A stretch of DNA of 64,000 bases, from contig CAYFGT010000001.1 of assembly GCA_964343075.1 (NCBI GenBank), forward strand, positions 1,323 to 65,322, written 5' to 3'. Shown one piece after another: positions 59,770-64,000 of this stretch. The translations under genes and the position numbers were made by a program. This stretch comes from an uncultured Dehalococcoidia bacterium (GTDB taxonomy: Bacteria; Chloroflexota; Dehalococcoidia; Lucifugimonadales; UBA3495). Numbering within the stretch: position 1 is the first letter of the stretch; each line of letters begins with the position of its first letter. A model generated the notes under the pieces. That model saw only the letters and a program-made list of their open reading frames with translations, was not told the DNA's origin and made no database searches.

Positions 59770-62169
59770 TTATAAGACATGAATAGGGTCGACATCAACC
59801 AAGCAATTCGACTTGGACGAGTATTGAGTTAGTACTCTTTGCACATTAGACCCTCTAACAATCACATGCCAACGATACCGTCCTCTTGCCTTCTTAGGCA
59901 GGCCTGGAGCAGGCCCCATTATTTCTATGTTTTTTAATTCATTTCTTTTGACTAGTTCCCGTAGATGCTTGGCAGCTTCTGAGGCATTTTTTTGGCAAGT
60001 AGTGTTATTCACGTGAGTGAATACCATGTGCGCCATTCTGGTAAAAGGAGGATTGTTAAACTTTTTACGATTGGCAATTTCCTGGTTGTACATCGCGAAG
60101 TAATCATATTTTTTAAGAAGGGATAGTATGGGATGGTCTGGTTGAAATGTCTGTATAAGAGCTGTGGCATCTGAGCCATCCCTACCGGTTCTCCCTATGA
60201 ATTGATACATCGTAGTGAACCATTGCTCAGATGCCCGAAAATCAGGTAAGTTTATACCCACATCTGCATGGATGGCTCCAACTAATCTTACATTGGCTAC
60301 ATCTAACCCTTTAGCTATCATTTGAGTCCCAACAAGAATCTGGGTTTGACCATTCTTAAAGTTATTGTAAATGGTTTCGTTTGCCTCAAATGAATGGGGT
60401 GTATCCCCGTCCCATCTTCCAATGGATATGTTCGGGAAAAGCTTTTGAAGTTCATCAACAACTCTTTTGGTCCCGTTTCCTAAAGTACGCACTTGATTTC
60501 CTTTGCATGCTCTGCAGATTTCGTTAAATTTGCGTTTCTTATTGCATGTGTGACAAACCAACGTCTGGTAGTCTTGATGGTATGTCATAACAGTGCTACA
60601 GCTAGAACAAGTGACTTTGGTACCACATTCGCGACATGAGACAATAGATGCGCTTCCTCGACGGTTCAAAAATAAGATCGCCTGCTTTTTGTTTTTTAAG
60701 CAGGTGTCTAGTTCGTTCAGCAAAGATCTGCTGAATATACTATTATTCCCTTCTAACAACTCTTCTCGCATATCCACAACTTCTATGTTAGTGATGCTAG
60801 GATTGGCGGGCCTTGGAACGGCCTTTTCAGGAAGTTCCAATAATTGGTAGAAAGGTCTCTCTGAAGCATTGAAAAACGTTTCAACGGAAGGAGTAGCACT
60901 GCCAAGTAGTAAGGTGGCGTTGTTTTTCAGACATAGTTGTAATGCGACCGTTCTTGCGTGATAGAAAGGTTCGATATCTTGTTGTTTGTAATTCCATTCA
61001 TGTTCTTCGTCTATGACTATTATTCCCAAGTTTGATAATGGTGAGAACAAGGCACTTCTAGGGCCCACCACTATTTTATAGTGCCCTTGTTGGATGTCGG
61101 TCCATATTTCGAATTTTTGCCGAGGTGTCATGTTGCTGTGTAGTGTGCACACTTGCCCTGGGAACCGGTGATCTAGTTCCTGTAAAGTTTGCGTAGCTAA
61201 TGAAATTTCAGGAACCAAAAATATGGCAGTCTTACCGTCATCAATTATTTTTTGGATAAGGGCCATATAGACTTCTGTCTTACCACTCCCTGGTATTCCA
61301 TGCAGTAAATATCGCTTATGACTGGGATCGCTTGAATTCATGGATTGTCCAATAATATCAACGGCAAGTTTTTGATCACGGTTTAGAACATGAGGTTTGG
61401 AAATGGGTAATTGGTCAGGTTCTGGTAAGTTGTTAAACCTTGACCAAGATATCCCGATAGTTCCGGATGATAAAAGCTGATTGAATGTTTTGATTCCTGC
61501 GGTTTTCTTAAACTGTGGTAATGATATTCCCTGCGAATCCTCCAGTAATGTAATTGCTTTTGAGCATCTTGAATCCATATGTGCCCAGTGTGTTTTTTGT
61601 TCAGAATATGAATGAGAAAGAACAACAGTTTGTGAATATTTTCGTTTGAAAGCTGCTGGGTATTTCTCGACCCTAGAAAGCAGTTTTTGATTGATGAGTT
61701 GTTGAAGGCCGTTCTTGGCAAAGGGTTCCAGCAATTTCTGAATTTCTCGTTCGGAGATAGTATGGATTTGGGATAGTTGATTGACTAGACTGCTTAGTTC
61801 TCCAGGTATGTTACTTAGTTTTTCATGATTGACGTGGTACATGTATGAGATCTTATTTTTGGCTCCTGGGGGCAAAAATAATGATAGCGAAGTGAATAAT
61901 GAAGTTTGGTAATGTCGGCTAATCCAAGCACCGATCGCTAGTTGTTGAGAGCTTAATTTGTAGTTGATTTCCGATGATTTTAGTACAGGTTTGATTCTTT
62001 TTAATTCGGAAGCTGTTTCATATTGAACGACAATTCCTTGAAGAATATTCTTTCCGAATGGCACCCAGACTAACTCTCCAATGGTAAAAGGAGATAGATC
62101 GTTGTTCTGGTAGGTATATGTCTGGAGTTTACCTATAGGTGAATCAACTGCTATTCCGAGTAATTCCAT
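59770..62169 (-). CDS. priA: primosomal replication-restart helicase PriA
   Basis: GIPGSGKTEVY Walker A, DEEHE, and Cys-rich zinc region CRECG..CSSC...CHTCN...CRAC. Confidence 0.95.
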   Translation of the reverse strand: MELLGIAVDSPIGKLQTYTYQNNDLSPFTIGELVWVPFGKNILQGIVVQYETASELKRIKPVLKSSEINYKLSSQQLAIGAWISRHYQTSLFTSLSLFLPPGAKNKISYMYHVNHEKLSNIPGELSSLVNQLSQIHTISEREIQKLLEPFAKNGLQQLINQKLLSRVEKYPAAFKRKYSQTVVLSHSYSEQKTHWAHMDSRCSKAITLLEDSQGISLPQFKKTAGIKTFNQLLSSGTIGISWSRFNNLPEPDQLPISKPHVLNRDQKLAVDIIGQSMNSSDPSHKRYLLHGIPGSGKTEVYMALIQKIIDDGKTAIFLVPEISLATQTLQELDHRFPGQVCTLHSNMTPRQKFEIWTDIQQGHYKIVVGPRSALFSPLSNLGIIVIDEEHEWNYKQQDIEPFYHARTVALQLCLKNNATLLLGSATPSVETFFNASERPFYQLLELPEKAVPRPANPSITNIEVVDMREELLEGNNSIFSRSLLNELDTCLKNKKQAILFLNRRGSASIVSCRECGTKVTCSSCSTVMTYHQDYQTLVCHTCNKKRKFNEICRACKGNQVRTLGNGTKRVVDELQKLFPNISIGRWDGDTPHSFEANETIYNNFKNGQTQILVGTQMIAKGLDVANVRLVGAIHADVGINLPDFRASEQWFTTMYQFIGRTGRDGSDATALIQTFQPDHPILSLLKKYDYFAMYNQEIANRKKFNNPPFTRMAHMVFTHVNNTTCQKNASEAAKHLRELVKRNELKNIEIMGPAPGLPKKARGRYRWHVIVRGSNVQRVLTQYSSKSNCLVDVDPIHVL

Positions 62170-62205
62170 TTATCGTTAACAACGCCTCGAGCAGGTGACA
62201 AATAC

Positions 62206-62580
62206 TTAAGATCGAGTGTTGTAGGTATTTTTCTCTTTGATTCTTGCTGCTCTACCTTGCAAACCTCTGAGGTAATACAATCTGGATCTTCGCACTGAAC
62301 CTCTTCGTGTTACTTCAAGTGAGTCTATTAGTGGGGAATTGTATGGGAACACCCTTTCAATACCTATTCCATTTGCTATTCGACGAACAGTAAAGTTAGA
62401 TGCTGGTCCATTACCGTTATCTCTTTTAATCACTACACCTATAAAGGCTTGGATTCTTTCTCGATCGCCTTCTTTAATCTTGAAGTTGACTTTGACAGTA
62501 TCTCCAGGACCGAAATCAGGTAGTTCGTTCTTGTTAGTTTGAAATAATTTGTCGACTTGCATTTGTATTTCCCTAGACAT
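62206..62580 (-). CDS. rplS: 50S ribosomal protein L19
   Basis: ..[28 protein letters not shown]......FTVRRI..G.G.ERVFP..SP. Confidence 0.95.
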   Translation of the reverse strand: MSREIQMQVDKLFQTNKNELPDFGPGDTVKVNFKIKEGDRERIQAFIGVVIKRDNGNGPASNFTVRRIANGIGIERVFPYNSPLIDSLEVTRRGSVRRSRLYYLRGLQGRAARIKEKNTYNTRS

Positions 62581-62636
62581 TCATTATTTTGGGCCTTGAA
62601 AGTATAACTCGATGGGTACGAACGGTCAATATTTGG

Positions 62637-62713
62637 TGGTGGGCGATAGTGGACTCGAACCACTGACCTCTTGCGTGTCGAGCAAGTACTCTAACCAGCT
62701 GAGCTAATCGCCC
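62637..62713 (-). tRNA. tRNA-Val (anticodon GAC), CCA encoded
   Basis: The reverse complement folds as a cloverleaf: acceptor GGGCGAT/ATCGCCC, D arm GCTC-AGCTGGTTA-GAGT, anticodon arm CTTGC-TCGACAC-GCAAG, variable AGGTC, T arm AGTGG-TTCGAGT-CCACT, then A73 and CCA. Confidence 0.9.
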
Positions 62714-62802
62714 TCTAAAATGGATTTATGTTGCAATAATGTATATGTTACGATACCAGTCTAATTTATTCAAAACTTGATCGACACATTGAGGTATGAC
62801 TA

Positions 62803-63720
62803 ATGAAAATTATGAGATTTAAGCCGTCTAATCGGCTAAATGAAGTGCAAATTGGTATCGTTGATGTTCCCAATAACAGAGTACTTGATGCTAAAGAAAC
62901 ATTAAAAACCATAAACGTTCATACAGAAACGAATACTGCTGTTGAAATTATTCAGATGAACACCACGATGGGAGGAGAATTATCTGACCAATTACAGAAT
63001 CTCGACGTAACAAATGTACCTGAATGGAGTCTGGACGATGTAGTTTACATGCCTCCAGTAGAAGCGTCTTCGCTGAGAGATTTTATAGCCTTTGAAGAAC
63101 ATATTAAGACAGTTAGAGGAAACCGTGGTGCAGAAGTACCAGATGCTTGGTATGAGATGCCTGTTTACTATAAAGGCAATCACAGGTCATTACTAGGCCA
63201 TCAAGAAGCAATCGTATGGCCTGACTACAGTGAAGTGGTCGATTATGAATTGGAACTGGGTTTCGTGATAGGGAAAGAAGGTTCTAATATCTCTATAGCA
63301 GATGCCCCGTCATATATTGGTGGTTTTACTATCATGAACGATTGGAGTGCACGTGATATTCAATTCAGAGAGCAGTCGGTAGGATTAGGCCCTTCGAAAG
63401 GGAAAGATTTTGGCACCTCATTAGGACCTTGGATTGTCACTCCAGATGAATTCAATGTATCCGACTCTCGGATGATAGCTAGAGTTAATTCGGAAATATG
63501 GTCGGATAATAACATTGGGAATATATATTGGTCGGTTTATCATATGATAGAGCATGCTTCTAAATGTGAGATTTTGTATCCAGGAGATGTCTTTGGGTCA
63601 GGTACAGTTGGCGGAGGTTGCGGCGCAGAACATGGTAATTGGTTACAAAATGATGATGTGATTGAACTGGAAGTTGAAGGCATAGGTAAGCTCAGATCTA
63701 AAGTGTCAAAATTGCATTAA
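62803..63720 (+). CDS. fumarylacetoacetate hydrolase family protein (canonical motifs)
   Basis: VDYELELGFVIGKEG, IMNDWSARDIQ, GPSKGKDF, YPGDVFGSGTVGGG. Confidence 0.9.
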   Translation: MKIMRFKPSNRLNEVQIGIVDVPNNRVLDAKETLKTINVHTETNTAVEIIQMNTTMGGELSDQLQNLDVTNVPEWSLDDVVYMPPVEASSLRDFIAFEEHIKTVRGNRGAEVPDAWYEMPVYYKGNHRSLLGHQEAIVWPDYSEVVDYELELGFVIGKEGSNISIADAPSYIGGFTIMNDWSARDIQFREQSVGLGPSKGKDFGTSLGPWIVTPDEFNVSDSRMIARVNSEIWSDNNIGNIYWSVYHMIEHASKCEILYPGDVFGSGTVGGGCGAEHGNWLQNDDVIELEVEGIGKLRSKVSKLH

Positions 63721-63793
63721 GTTTTGTATCATTTGTTATGATGTAGTGATTCTTTAATATAGATCCCAAAAAAAAATCACAGGAGTTAATAAT

Positions 63794-64000
63794 ATGACTA
63801 CTAATGATGGTGGCATCGATGCCTTACTGCAAGAAGATAGGACTTTCCCTCCGTCTGCAGAATTTGTAGCTAATGCTAATATTTCTGACCCTGAAATATA
63901 TAAGAAAGCTAAAGAAGATCCTGAAAGTTTTTGGTCTGGATTCGCTAAAGAATTAGATTGGTTCAAAGGATGGGACCAAGTATTACAATGGAATGCTCCA
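63794..64000 (+). CDS. acs: acetyl-CoA synthetase, N-terminal fragment (continues beyond window end)
   Basis: Not in the ORF track (no stop in window). AGGAG (63781-63785) lies 8 nt before ATG 63794. Translation: MTTNDGGIDALLQEDRTFPPSAEFVANANISDPEIYKKAKEDPESFWSGFAKELDWFKGWDQVLQWNAP, a typical Acs N-terminus. Confidence 0.8.
   Translation, partial: MTTNDGGIDALLQEDRTFPPSAEFVANANISDPEIYKKAKEDPESFWSGFAKELDWFKGWDQVLQWNAP

Noticed and set aside
62581-62802. tRNA-Val as an integration hotspot flanking a genomic island
   Set aside because: There is no integrase, no partial tRNA direct repeat, and the flanking genes (rplS, FAH hydrolase, acs) are ordinary chromosomal genes.
63768-63776. A9 homopolymer upstream of acs as a phase-variable tract
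   Set aside because: It lies in the 5' UTR between the putative -10 element and the SD, not in a promoter spacer or coding region. Such runs are expected in AT-rich intergenic DNA.

Overview
This is a dense, visibly AT-rich segment of bacterial chromosomal core. I call 69 protein-coding genes (two run off the window ends), one tRNA-Val(GAC), five candidate sigma70-type promoters and two strong hairpins. Only about 2.6 kb of the 64 kb lies outside these calls. Content: (i) a small organic-acid/acyl-CoA cluster at 1.4-8.4 kb, comprising an MhpD-type hydratase, a CitE-like CoA-ester lyase, a family III CoA-transferase, a lone xanthine-dehydrogenase-family Mo subunit and an ICM-like B12 acyl-CoA mutase large subunit; (ii) tyrS-ribF and rsmD-coaD; (iii) a complete F1Fo ATP synthase operon, atpI-like-B-E-F-H-A-G-D-C, at 12.99-19.8 kb; (iv) a minus-strand string ybeY-dnaX-ybaB-recR-recO-(biotin carrier)-uvrA-MBL hydrolase-M16 peptidase; (v) infC-rpmI-rplT and pheS-pheT-moeA; (vi) the conserved rpsB-tsf-pyrH-frr-uppS-cdsA-dxr-rseP-ispG-proS block; (vii) pgpA, nfo, secDF, cca, def, priA, rplS, and the start of acs. 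The gene content (a PAC2 protein, several FAH/CoA-transferase-type paralogues, a short EF-Ts, very tight packing) is compatible with a streamlined marine Chloroflexota/SAR202-like organism, but that is inference only. I see no CRISPR array, transposase, integrase, phage gene, restriction-modification or other recognisable defence or mobile module. No ORF-free stretch is long enough to hide a large RNA gene. I therefore cannot honestly nominate a clear novel multi-gene system. The unusual signals are at single-gene scale: an ATP synthase a-subunit with an extra N-terminal helix plus a His/Asp-rich loop; an epsilon subunit without its C-terminal domain; an acyl-CoA mutase carrying the Phe/Gln (isobutyryl-CoA-mutase-type) rather than Tyr/Arg signature; an FAH-fold paralogue that has lost its metal ligands; an infC that must start at a non-AUG (probably AUA) codon; a tRNA-Val whose anticodon loop reads UCGACAC (C33 instead of U33); and an uncharacterised overlapping DUF3467 + HicB-like two-gene cassette. 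All family assignments were made by eye from motifs, with no database search.
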